In this document: positions 17,950 through 25,359 of the stretch, in pieces | How positions within the stretch are numbered: the first letter of the stretch is position 1 | How the letters are laid out: each line of letters opens with the position of its first letter | Source: Candidatus Limnocylindrales bacterium | GTDB lineage: Bacteria > Chloroflexota > Limnocylindria > Limnocylindrales > CSP1-4 | Assembly: GCA_036504355.1 (NCBI GenBank) | Contig: DASXVG010000134.1 | Span: 7,517 to 71,516, forward strand | DNA length: 64,000 nt | Direction: 5' to 3' | Translations under genes and position numbers: made by a program | The notes under the pieces: generated by a model | What the model was told of the DNA's origin: nothing | The model's database searches: none | The model's input: only the letters and a program-made list of their open reading frames with translations

Positions 17950-18066
17950 TCACCCGTGGGATACCACTCCCGCGCCGCCGAGTCGAGCGGCGGGCCGGGC
18001 GCCGCGCAGGAACAGCACGAGGATCGTCGTCGCAACGAGCGCGACGACCCCGAATGCCGGCGTCAT
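17950..18066 (-). CDS. candidate 38-aa single-TM micro-protein (low confidence)
   Basis: Sequence MTPAFGVVALVATTILVLFLRGARPAARLGGAGVVSHG with G/C-rich third positions. The same positions are third positions of the open plus frame upstream of the M15 gene, so the signal is ambiguous. Confidence 0.2.
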   Translation of the reverse strand: MTPAFGVVALVATTILVLFLRGARPAARLGGAGVVSHG

Positions 18067-18172
18067 CGCGGCGCTCACGACGGGCGACGCGGGGTCCGCC
18101 AGCGACCCGAACCATGGTCCACCCCGATGCTCACTGGCGCGACGTCAAGCCCGTGTGCCACCATGTCCCCCG

Positions 18173-18970
18173 ATGCGACGCCAGATGGCGCACCGCGCCG
18201 GAGCGCACCCGAGCCGCGACCCGCGACGGGCGCGGCGGCTCATCGGCCCTGCGATCCTCGGGGTCCTCGGCATCGTCGTCGCCCTCGCGCTGTTCGGCGG
18301 ACCCTCCCCCGCGACCGCGGAGCCGTCGGGCTCGGTGGCCGGGCTCACATCGGCGCCGTCGACCCCCGCGCCGACCCCCATCGAGGTCGGCGCCACGCCC
18401 ACGCTGCCACCGTGTGCGTACGGAGACGAGCTCGCGCCCCACCAGGACCCGGATGACTGGGCCTCCACGATGCTCGACACGACCCGGATGCTCGCCGCCG
18501 GCTACGCCCCCACGGGCCTCGTCCCGGTGACCGACGCGGGCATCGCGGGCCGCGGCAAGGTGCGCACGCTCGTCATCGACGACCTGCGTGCGCTCGCGAG
18601 CGCCGCGGCCACGGATGGCGTCACGATCGGGGTCGACTCCGCGTACCGGAGCTTCGCCCAGCAGGTCCTGAGCTACGAGAGCTACGCGAAGGGCTACGGC
18701 CAGGACGCGGCCCGCATCACCGTGGCGCGCCCCGGTCACAGCGAGCATCAGCTGGGCACGACGATCGACTTCACCGGCGACCTCGACTGGCTCGCGGCCC
18801 ACGCGCCCGGGTTCGGCTTCGTCCTGTCGTACCCGGCGGACCGCAGTCCGCAGCTCACCTGCTACCGCGGCGAGGCGTGGCACTTCCGGTACGTCGGCCG
18901 GGAGCGCGCGGCGCGCGTGACGCAGTCGGGGCTCAGCCTGCGGGAATGGCTCTGGACAACCATGCCCTGA
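18173..18970 (+). CDS. M15B (VanY-like) D-alanyl-D-alanine carboxypeptidase
   Basis: Frame of ORF 17657..18970, trimmed to MRRQMAHRAG. TM anchor LIGPAILGVLGIVVALALF. Zinc and catalytic motifs SAYRSF, HSEHQLGTTIDF and EAWHFRY. Confidence 0.85.
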   Translation: MRRQMAHRAGAHPSRDPRRARRLIGPAILGVLGIVVALALFGGPSPATAEPSGSVAGLTSAPSTPAPTPIEVGATPTLPPCAYGDELAPHQDPDDWASTMLDTTRMLAAGYAPTGLVPVTDAGIAGRGKVRTLVIDDLRALASAAATDGVTIGVDSAYRSFAQQVLSYESYAKGYGQDAARITVARPGHSEHQLGTTIDFTGDLDWLAAHAPGFGFVLSYPADRSPQLTCYRGEAWHFRYVGRERAARVTQSGLSLREWLWTTMP

Positions 18971-18982
18971 GCACGTTCGGCC

Positions 18983-19297
18983 CTACGCGCGCCCGACGAC
19001 CCGCCGGCCGTTCTCGTGGGTCACGCCGTCGCACCGCCCGTTCTTCGCGAACACCAGGGCGATGTGGTAGCCCGTCGCCCGCCACTGGAGGAGCGTCCGC
19101 CCATCGGGGAGCGGCGTCTCCTGGCTCGCCTCGCCGACCGCCCTGACGATCTCCCGGCGGGTCCTCCCCTTGAGCGCGCCGAGCGCAACGAACTGCTTGC
19201 GCAGGGCGCGTCCCGGCGACAGGTAGACGTACGGGACGAGGATCGCCACGGCCCCGGCGACGATCAGGGCGAGGATGCCCAGCGCCGTCGCATCCAT
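18983..19297 (-). CDS. small membrane-anchored hypothetical protein
   Basis: ATG 19297 is preceded by GAGGAGG. The protein starts MDATALGILALIVAGAVAILVPYVYL... Confidence 0.6.
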   Translation of the reverse strand: MDATALGILALIVAGAVAILVPYVYLSPGRALRKQFVALGALKGRTRREIVRAVGEASQETPLPDGRTLLQWRATGYHIALVFAKNGRCDGVTHENGRRVVGRA

Positions 19298-19504
19298 CGG
19301 ATCCTCCTCGCCCGGACCGCCGGCCCGACGAGGGCCGTCACGATCACCGGTGGATCGTATGCCAGGTCGTGGGTGGGCCCGGTCCCGGGGCATGACGGGC
19401 CCAAGGTACGGCCCGCCGATGGGACGGGTTGGAAGGTGCACAGGCCGAGCGCGGCGGCGTACGGTTGTCGCAGACGGCGAGAGCCGTCCCAGCCAGGCGG
19501 CTGG

Positions 19505-19600
19505 CCGACAAAGGCAAACCCGGGGTGACCCGGGGACGCAAAGCCACGGGACTCGGGTTGGTGGAGCACAACGCCGACGCGAGTCAGCCGGGTTGCCGAA
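19505..19600 (+). promoter_or_regulatory. c-di-GMP-I (GEMM-I) riboswitch aptamer
   Basis: ACAAAGGCAAACC, then CCCGGG-GUGA-CCCGGG (a GNRA-capped hairpin), then GACGCAAAGCC, then a P2 hairpin, then AGCCGGGUUGCCGA. This matches the conserved core of the Vibrio cholerae Vc2 aptamer as I remember it. A candidate promoter TGCACA-N17-TACGGT lies at 19437-19465. Confidence 0.8.
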
Positions 19601-19614
19601 GTCAGGAGGTTGGT

Positions 19615-19710
19615 GTGGCTACGGCCCGCCCGCGCCTCGACGCGCTCGTCCGCGTGCTGGCCGTCGCGGCGCTCGCAATCGCGGGCATCGCGTCGGTCCG
19701 ACCCATCTGA
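19615..19710 (+). CDS. 31-aa hydrophobic micro-protein downstream of the riboswitch
   Basis: GTG 19615 lies 5 nt after AGGAGG (19604-19609). Sequence (M)ATARPRLDALVRVLAVAALAIAGIASVRPI. 27 of 30 codons end in G/C. Confidence 0.6.
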   Translation: MATARPRLDALVRVLAVAALAIAGIASVRPI

Positions 19711-19742
19711 GCCCGCGCGGGTCTGCCCGCGCCATCCCGGAC

Positions 19743-19767
19743 ACGCCCCGTCCCCCGGACGGGGCGT
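19743..19767. terminator. bidirectional stem-loop between convergent genes
   Basis: ACGCCCCGTCC-CCC-GGACGGGGCGT forms an 11-bp perfect stem. A second imperfect hairpin follows at 19768-19790. Confidence 0.6.
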
Positions 19768-19788
19768 CGTCGCGTCCGGGGACGGCGA

Positions 19789-20583
19789 CTACCTGAGGAC
19801 GACGAACGCGTCGAGGTCGACGCGCGGCCGTCCGCCTGTCCCGAGGACGACGACCCGGATGGTCTTCGTGACCGTCGAGGGGTACGCCTTCCGCCAGACG
19901 ATCGAGCGGTACTGGGTCGCCGAGCGGTACGTGTCGACCGTCGCCTGGAGCACGCCGTCGACGTAGATCCGGACCTTGCCGCGCGTGACCCCGCGGGTCG
20001 TCACGAGCGCGATCGAGCGTCCCGTGAACGTGTAGCGTGCCCATCGACCGGCCGTGGAGGTCGAGCGCACCGAGCCGCCCGAATACCTGGTGGAGCCGGA
20101 CCGGCTCCACGGCGAGGAGTCCCGGATGGCCCCAGCTGCCCCCACAGCTTGTCGGCGAAGGGGTCGTTCGGGAGGGCGTCGATCGTGGCGATCGGGTCCG
20201 CCTCCGCGAAGGCGACGCCGCTGACGCCGTTCAGGCCGGCGATCGTCCGGTTGGCCGCCACGCCCTGGGGCTGCGCGAAGCGGTAGACGCCCATGGTGCC
20301 CGCGTTGCCGAAGGGGCCGCACGAAGGTCGCCCGCATCCCCGCCGCGTGCGACAGCCGGTCCACCAGGCGGGCATCGCCCAGCGAGGCGAGCCGGGCCGC
20401 CCTCGTTGCGCCAAGCTCGTCCGCGATCCAGCGCACGACGACCTGACGCGTCTCGCGGATCGCCTGGGGAGCGGACAGCGCGGGCCCGGCGGCTGCAGCA
20501 CCTGCCGCGAACGCGGACGATGCGACGACCACGGCGAGGGCGATGGCCGTGGCGAGCCGGGCGAGACGCGGGGGTCGGTGCAT
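19789..20583 (-). pseudogene. decayed subtilisin-like (S8) peptidase gene: signal peptide, I9-like propeptide and C-terminal beta-domain, with no catalytic domain and two frame changes
   Basis: Frame A starts MHRPPRLARLATAIALAVVVASSAFAAG.... The sensible sequence then continues in frame B (ORF 20001..20501: FGNAGTMGVYRFAQPQGVAANRTIAGLNGVSGVAFAEADPIATIDALPNDPFADKLWGQLG). It returns to frame A at ...AIRDSSPWSRSGSTRYSGGSVR...GKVRIYVDG.... The frame switches fall near C and G runs at about 20310-20330 and 20125-20135. Confidence 0.55.
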
Positions 20584-20636
20584 CGTGGGCGCAGGGTACG
20601 CCAGGGGTCACGTCACGACGGCGGGCCGCGTCACGA

Positions 20637-21608
20637 TCAGGTCCAGGCGCGGGCGGCCCGGGCCGCCCAGTACGCGTCCGGCGGTTCGGCGATCCCAGGA
20701 AGCCCGGACACGGCAGCCGCAAGCCGCCTGCCCGGTGTGGCGGCGGCGACGTTGGACACCGCCTGTGCCGGCGTCGCCGCGCCGGAGAGGGCGACGTCGA
20801 CCCATGGGTTCGCGAGCACGGCGGCCAGCGCAACGACGTCCGGCCCGCACCCGGCCTCGAGGGCGGCGGCGGCGACCGATGGCTCCTCGAGCAGCCGGCC
20901 GTTCGCGAGCGCCTCCTTGACGATGACGCCCCAGCCCGCCGCGTGCGCATCCGCGAGCGCCGGGCCGGCCGACGGCTCGAGCAGGTTCCAGGTGGCCTGG
21001 ACGCTTGCGAACGGGTTGACGCCGTCGACACGGACCTCGAGCGCGGCCCGCAGCACGTCTCCCTGGCGCGGGCCGCTGATGCTGAGACCGATGACGAGCC
21101 CCTCCTCCGCGCGGAGGCGGGCGAGCTCTGCGAGCACGGCACGGTCGGCCAGGATCCCGCTCTCGAGCGTCGCGGAGTGGACCTGATAGAGGCGGAGCCA
21201 GCGCGCGAGCAGCGCCCGTGTCTCGGGGAGCTGCGCCCGGAGCATGGCGAGCGAGTGGTCCTTGACCTCGTGGACCGGCGCATCCATCCGCCAGTCTCCG
21301 ACATACCGGTAGCCCCACTTCGAGCCGACGGTCACGGCCGCCGGGTCCACGACGCGGGCGCGCAGCCACGACCCGAGGAACCGCTCCGCATACCCGTACG
21401 AGCGCGCCGCGTCGAGGTAGCGGATGCCGGCCGCCCACGCCGCGTCGAGGACCTCGTGGCTGCGCGCCTCCATCGCCGCGAGGCTCCGGTCCTCGCCGAG
21501 GTCACGCTCGCGGCCCGCGTTGATGTAGGCCGGGCGGCCCAGCGCGGCCAGCCCGAGACCGACGGGCGTCACCGCGAGGCCGGTCGCGCCGAGCGGTCGC
21601 TGCTGCAT
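20637..21608 (-). CDS. aldo/keto reductase
   Basis: 323 aa. Starts MQQRPLGATGLAVTPVGLGLAALG and contains DAARSYG, typical of the AKR fold. Confidence 0.8.
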   Translation of the reverse strand: MQQRPLGATGLAVTPVGLGLAALGRPAYINAGRERDLGEDRSLAAMEARSHEVLDAAWAAGIRYLDAARSYGYAERFLGSWLRARVVDPAAVTVGSKWGYRYVGDWRMDAPVHEVKDHSLAMLRAQLPETRALLARWLRLYQVHSATLESGILADRAVLAELARLRAEEGLVIGLSISGPRQGDVLRAALEVRVDGVNPFASVQATWNLLEPSAGPALADAHAAGWGVIVKEALANGRLLEEPSVAAAALEAGCGPDVVALAAVLANPWVDVALSGAATPAQAVSNVAAATPGRRLAAAVSGLPGIAEPPDAYWAARAARAWT

Positions 21609-21627
21609 GCCGACCAGCGTACGCCCG

Positions 21628-22146
21628 CTACTCGGCCCGCCGGTGCATCCCGAGCAGGAACCCGTATGGCTCGCCGTCGGGGTCGTCCGCGGCCACGAGG
21701 TCCTCGACGAGCACCCGGAGCCGCTCGGCGAAGGCGTCCCGGGCGGCCGGGGTGAGGCGCGCCGCGAGCCTCGACAGCTCCACGACCCCGTCCTGCGGCA
21801 CCTCGCCGACCTCGGCCTTGAACGCGTCGATCATCGCGGCGATGCCGGGCCCGGTCCGCCCGCCGCGCTGCTCCTCGTCGCTGACGTCGAGCGTCCACGA
21901 CTTGCCCGTTGACCGGTACGGACGCTCCACGCTCCCTCGCGCACCGCGCCGCTCCTCCTCCGCCGCGAGGAACCCCGTGTCGACGAGCATCCGCACGTGG
22001 TGGAGCATCGATCCCGCGTCGCGGCCGAGGCGCGTTGCCAGCTCCTCGTTCGTCAGGGCCCGGTCCAGGCACAGGCGCAGGATCCGCAGCCGCAGCGGGT
22101 TCGCGAGGGCACGAGCCTCCTCCGGCGTGGCTGGGCGACGATCCAT
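21628..22146 (-). CDS. ArsR-family winged-helix transcriptional regulator
   Basis: Trimmed to MDRRPATPEEARALANPLRLRILRLCLDRALTNEELATRLGRDAGSMLHHVRMLVDTGFL. Confidence 0.8.
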   Translation of the reverse strand: MDRRPATPEEARALANPLRLRILRLCLDRALTNEELATRLGRDAGSMLHHVRMLVDTGFLAAEEERRGARGSVERPYRSTGKSWTLDVSDEEQRGGRTGPGIAAMIDAFKAEVGEVPQDGVVELSRLAARLTPAARDAFAERLRVLVEDLVAADDPDGEPYGFLLGMHRRAE

Positions 22147-22165
22147 CAGCCCACGATAGTCCACC

Positions 22166-22203
22166 GGTTGACGCGAGTCAACCAGTTGGTTACGCTCAAC
22201 CAA
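22166..22203. promoter_or_regulatory. two operator-like palindromes between ArsR and the MFS gene
   Basis: GGTTGAC-GCGA-GTCAACC at 22166-22183 and TTGGTT-ACGCTC-AACCAA at 22186-22203. Confidence 0.5.
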
Positions 22204-23519
22204 TGACGACGAGCCCGCGGCTGCCCGCGAACTACTGGAAGCTGTGGGCGTCCTCGGCCGCCTCCAACCTCGCCGACGGCGTGTTCTGGATCGCGTTCCC
22301 GCTGCTGGCGGTGCGACTCACGGACTCGCCGGTGCTCATCGCGGGCGTTGCCGTCGTCGGCCGCCTCCCGTGGCTCGTGTTCGTGCTGTTCGCGGGCGCG
22401 CTCGCGGACCGGCTCGACCGCCGCCGGACGATGGTCCTCGTTGCCGTCCTGCGGACCGTGATCTCGCTCGCGATCGCGGGCGCCATCATCACGAGGACCG
22501 ACAGCCTCGCGATGCTCTACCTCGCGGCGTTCGTCCTCGGCGTGGGCGAGACGCTGTTCGACACGGCGGCGCAGTCGATCATGCCGTCGATCGTCGACCG
22601 GGGGCAGCTCTCGAAGGCGAACGGGCGGCTCTATGCCGCGGAGCTCACGATGAACCAGTTCGTCGGGCCGCCCCTCGGCGGGATCCTCGCAGGCGTCGCG
22701 ATGGCGCTCGCGTTCGTCGGGTCCGCCGCCGCGTTCGCGGTCGGAGCCGTTGCCCTGACGCTGCTCGTCGGCCAGTTCTGGCCGGCCACGACGCCGGGTC
22801 GGCGCCCGAGCGTCGTCGCGGACATCCGCGAGGGTCTGCGCTACCTGGTGTCGCACCGGCTGCTGCGGACGCTCGCGCTGATGGTCGGCGTCATGAACCT
22901 GGCGAGCTCGGCGGCGTTTGCGATCTTCGTCCTGTTCGCGGTGGCGCCGGGGCCCATGGGCCTCGACGAGTTCGGTTTCGGTGTCCTGATGACGGCCCTG
23001 GCGATGGGCAGCCTGCTCGGGTCGCTCCTCGTGGAGCGGGTCGAGAAGCGGCTGGGCCGCGCGACGCTGCTCTCGGCGGCGGTCCTCGTGAGCGCGGTGT
23101 CAACGGCGATCCCGGGGCTCACGCCGAACCCGTGGGTCGTCGGGGCGGCGTTTGCGCTGGCCGGGTTCGGGAGCGTGATGTGGAACGTCGTCACGGTGTC
23201 GCTGCGCCAGCGGATCGTGCCCGACGCGCTCCTCGGGCGCGTCAACGCGAGCTACCGGCTCCTCGCCTGGGGGTCGCAGCCGATCGGGGCGCTGCTCGGC
23301 GGGCTCATCGGGCAGGCACTCGGGCTGCCGGCCGTGTTCCTGATCGCGGGCGCGGGGACCGCGCTGCTGCTGTTCGCCCGGTCGATCGTCACGGACGCGG
23401 CGATCGGCGCCGCCGAGGCCGAGGGCGACGCGGAAGTGGCCCGACTCGCCTCGGCGGCGACGGACGCGTCCGACGAGGACGCCGTCGAGCCCGACCCGGA
23501 GGTCGCTGCGGCGGGCTAG
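22203..23519 (+). CDS. MFS transporter (EntS/MFS_3-like)
   Basis: Frame of ORF 21909..23519, trimmed to MTTSPRLPANYWKLWASSAASNLADGVFWIAFPLLAV.... About 12 TM segments. Contains the GALADRLDRRR loop motif. Confidence 0.85.
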   Translation: MTTSPRLPANYWKLWASSAASNLADGVFWIAFPLLAVRLTDSPVLIAGVAVVGRLPWLVFVLFAGALADRLDRRRTMVLVAVLRTVISLAIAGAIITRTDSLAMLYLAAFVLGVGETLFDTAAQSIMPSIVDRGQLSKANGRLYAAELTMNQFVGPPLGGILAGVAMALAFVGSAAAFAVGAVALTLLVGQFWPATTPGRRPSVVADIREGLRYLVSHRLLRTLALMVGVMNLASSAAFAIFVLFAVAPGPMGLDEFGFGVLMTALAMGSLLGSLLVERVEKRLGRATLLSAAVLVSAVSTAIPGLTPNPWVVGAAFALAGFGSVMWNVVTVSLRQRIVPDALLGRVNASYRLLAWGSQPIGALLGGLIGQALGLPAVFLIAGAGTALLLFARSIVTDAAIGAAEAEGDAEVARLASAATDASDEDAVEPDPEVAAAG

Positions 23520-23608
23520 TCTCGATCCAGGGGGTGCGTTGGGTCGCCGGGCGGTCCAAACGTCGGCCACGACCGCCAGGTGGACCTCCCCGCGTTCAAC
23601 ATCGCAAT

Positions 23609-23680
23609 CCCGCCACCGGGTGGAACCGAGCGCGTTCCACCTCGCGTCGCCGGCCGCCAGCTGGAACGCTGGGCGAACCA
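23609..23680. repeat. quasi-palindromic dispersed repeat, copy A (TGGAAC/GTTCCA core)
   Basis: The reverse complement aligns without gaps to 32362..32433 at 51/72 positions (hand count). This includes GTTCCAGCTGGCGG and TGGAACGC. The locus also shares CGATCCAGGGGG (23523-23534) and GGTGGACC with copy B. Confidence 0.6.
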
Positions 23681-23764
23681 GGCGGCCAGGCGAACCAGGC
23701 GGGCAGGCGGTCCGGGCTCCACGGCAGGACCGCTCCAGGCTCCCCGCCAGAACCGCGCCCCCGA

Positions 23765-24742
23765 CTAGAACCGCGCCCCGGTGATCCCCGCCCTCGCCCG
23801 ATCGGCAGCGGCCTCGTCTCCCGGCGCCACGAGGTCCAGCGCGAGCAACGCGGCTCCGAGCACCGGCGGCGCGTGAAGCACCACGACGAACGCTCCGCGC
23901 GCACCGAGCCGGACCCGCTCCTGCACGCCGTCGGCGAGGAGATCCCCCGCCCCCCGCGCGACCCCGCCGGACAGGACGACCGGCACCTCGAGCCGCGTCA
24001 TCGAGAGCCGCCGGATCGCGGCCGTCGCAAACGCTGCACACTCGGCCGCGAGGTCCGCCAGCAACCGGAGCGCCACCGGATCGCCGTCGCGGGCCGCTCG
24101 CACCGCGACCGCCGCGAGCTCCTCCAGCCGCCGCTCCGGCACCTGCCCGTGGTACATGGCCAGCGTCACGTCGATCGCCCGACGCATCCCGAAGTGCTCG
24201 GGGACGAGCCGCTCCAGCGACGTCCGCGCGCCTCGCCGGTCCCCCGCCCGGACCGCGGCCCCGAGCGCCTCCAGCCCCAGCTCCTCGCCGCCGCCCCGGT
24301 CCCCGCTCAGCGGCCCCAGGCCCGCGAACCGGGCCCGGCGACCGCCCGGCGCGACCCCGACCGCGTTGATCCCCGCGCCCACCACCACGCCGACGCCCCA
24401 CCCCGTCGGGGATCCGGCGCGCAGCCCGGCGATCGTGTCGTTCTCGAGCGCGAGCCGCCCGAAGCCGCTGCGCCCGTGGGCGCGCGCGAGGGCACGCTCG
24501 TCGGCCGGGAAGTCGACGCCCGCCAGGCACAGCACGGCCGCGTCGATGTCGGCGCCCGGCGCGACCGACGCACGCAGCGCATCGACCTGCGCGCGCAGCC
24601 GGCGCCCGGCCTCCTCGAGTCCCACCTGCTGGTGCGAGACCGTCGGGCCGCGATGGGTCCCGATGACCGAGCCGTCGCGCCGCAGGAGAACCACGTCCGT
24701 CTTCGAGTTCCCGCCGTCGACCGCGAGCAGAAGTGCGCTCAC
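23765..24742 (-). CDS. BadF/BadG/BcrA/BcrD-type ATPase (N-acetylglucosamine-kinase-like sugar kinase)
   Basis: GTG 24742 overlaps the upstream TGA (GTGA). N-terminus VSALLLAVDGGNSKTD and GAGINAVG. Confidence 0.8.
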   Translation of the reverse strand: MSALLLAVDGGNSKTDVVLLRRDGSVIGTHRGPTVSHQQVGLEEAGRRLRAQVDALRASVAPGADIDAAVLCLAGVDFPADERALARAHGRSGFGRLALENDTIAGLRAGSPTGWGVGVVVGAGINAVGVAPGGRRARFAGLGPLSGDRGGGEELGLEALGAAVRAGDRRGARTSLERLVPEHFGMRRAIDVTLAMYHGQVPERRLEELAAVAVRAARDGDPVALRLLADLAAECAAFATAAIRRLSMTRLEVPVVLSGGVARGAGDLLADGVQERVRLGARGAFVVVLHAPPVLGAALLALDLVAPGDEAAADRARAGITGARF

Positions 24743-25359
24743 AGCCGCCGGCCCGGCACGGTGTCGAGCTCGTCGACGGTGACGAACGTCGCCCCGGAGG
24801 CCCGCATGTCCGCGATGATCCCGGGCAGGGCGATCGGCGTCGCGTCCGGCCAGCCATGGAGCAGGACGACCGCCCCGTCGCCCTGCGCACGGACGCCGTC
24901 CGCGACCCGCCGCCGGAGCACGGGCGCCGAGACGCCCGCCCAGTCGTTCGGGTCCACGTGCCAGCCGACGTCGACGTACCCGGCATCGGCGAGCCGCCGG
25001 ACGACACGCAGGGTCCCGGCCCCCGCCCCGAACGGGCACCGGAACCACGGTCGCGGGCTGACGCCCGTGGCGGCGGTGATCGCAGCGTCCGCCGCGCGCA
25101 CGTCGCGCGTGACGCCCGCGCCGGTCAGCATCGTGAGCCGCGCGTGGTGATGGGAGTGATTGCCGACGAGGTGGCCGTCCGCCGCGATCCGCCGGGCCAC
25201 CACCGGCTCCGCCTCCGCCCAGCGGCCCTGGATGAACATCGTCGCGCGCACGTCGGCCGCCTCGAGCGCATCCAGGATCGCGACGGTCGCCCCGGGCCCC
25301 GTGGGGCGGTCCGGGAACTCGACGTCGACTGTCAGCGCGACCCGCAACCCGTCGCTCAC
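24739..25359 (-). CDS. polysaccharide deacetylase (CE4/NodB fold)
   Basis: Frame of ORF 24739..26796, trimmed to GTG 25359, which overlaps the permease TGA. Contains LTVDVEF, HLVGNHSHHH and RCPFGAG motifs. Confidence 0.8.
   Translation of the reverse strand: MSDGLRVALTVDVEFPDRPTGPGATVAILDALEAADVRATMFIQGRWAEAEPVVARRIAADGHLVGNHSHHHARLTMLTGAGVTRDVRAADAAITAATGVSPRPWFRCPFGAGAGTLRVVRRLADAGYVDVGWHVDPNDWAGVSAPVLRRRVADGVRAQGDGAVVLLHGWPDATPIALPGIIADMRASGATFVTVDELDTVPGRRL

Noticed and set aside
19470-19560. First impression of a glycine riboswitch (GGCGAGAG ... CCGACAAAGGCAA ... ACGCAAAGCCACGGGAC).
   Set aside because: The strings fit the GEMM-I core (AAAGGCAAACC, GGGACGCAAAGCC, CCGGGUUGCCGA) much better. 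The glycine-riboswitch hallmarks (CUCUGGAGAG, ACCGAAGGGGCAA, CUCUCAGG) are not present, and no glycine-cleavage gene follows.
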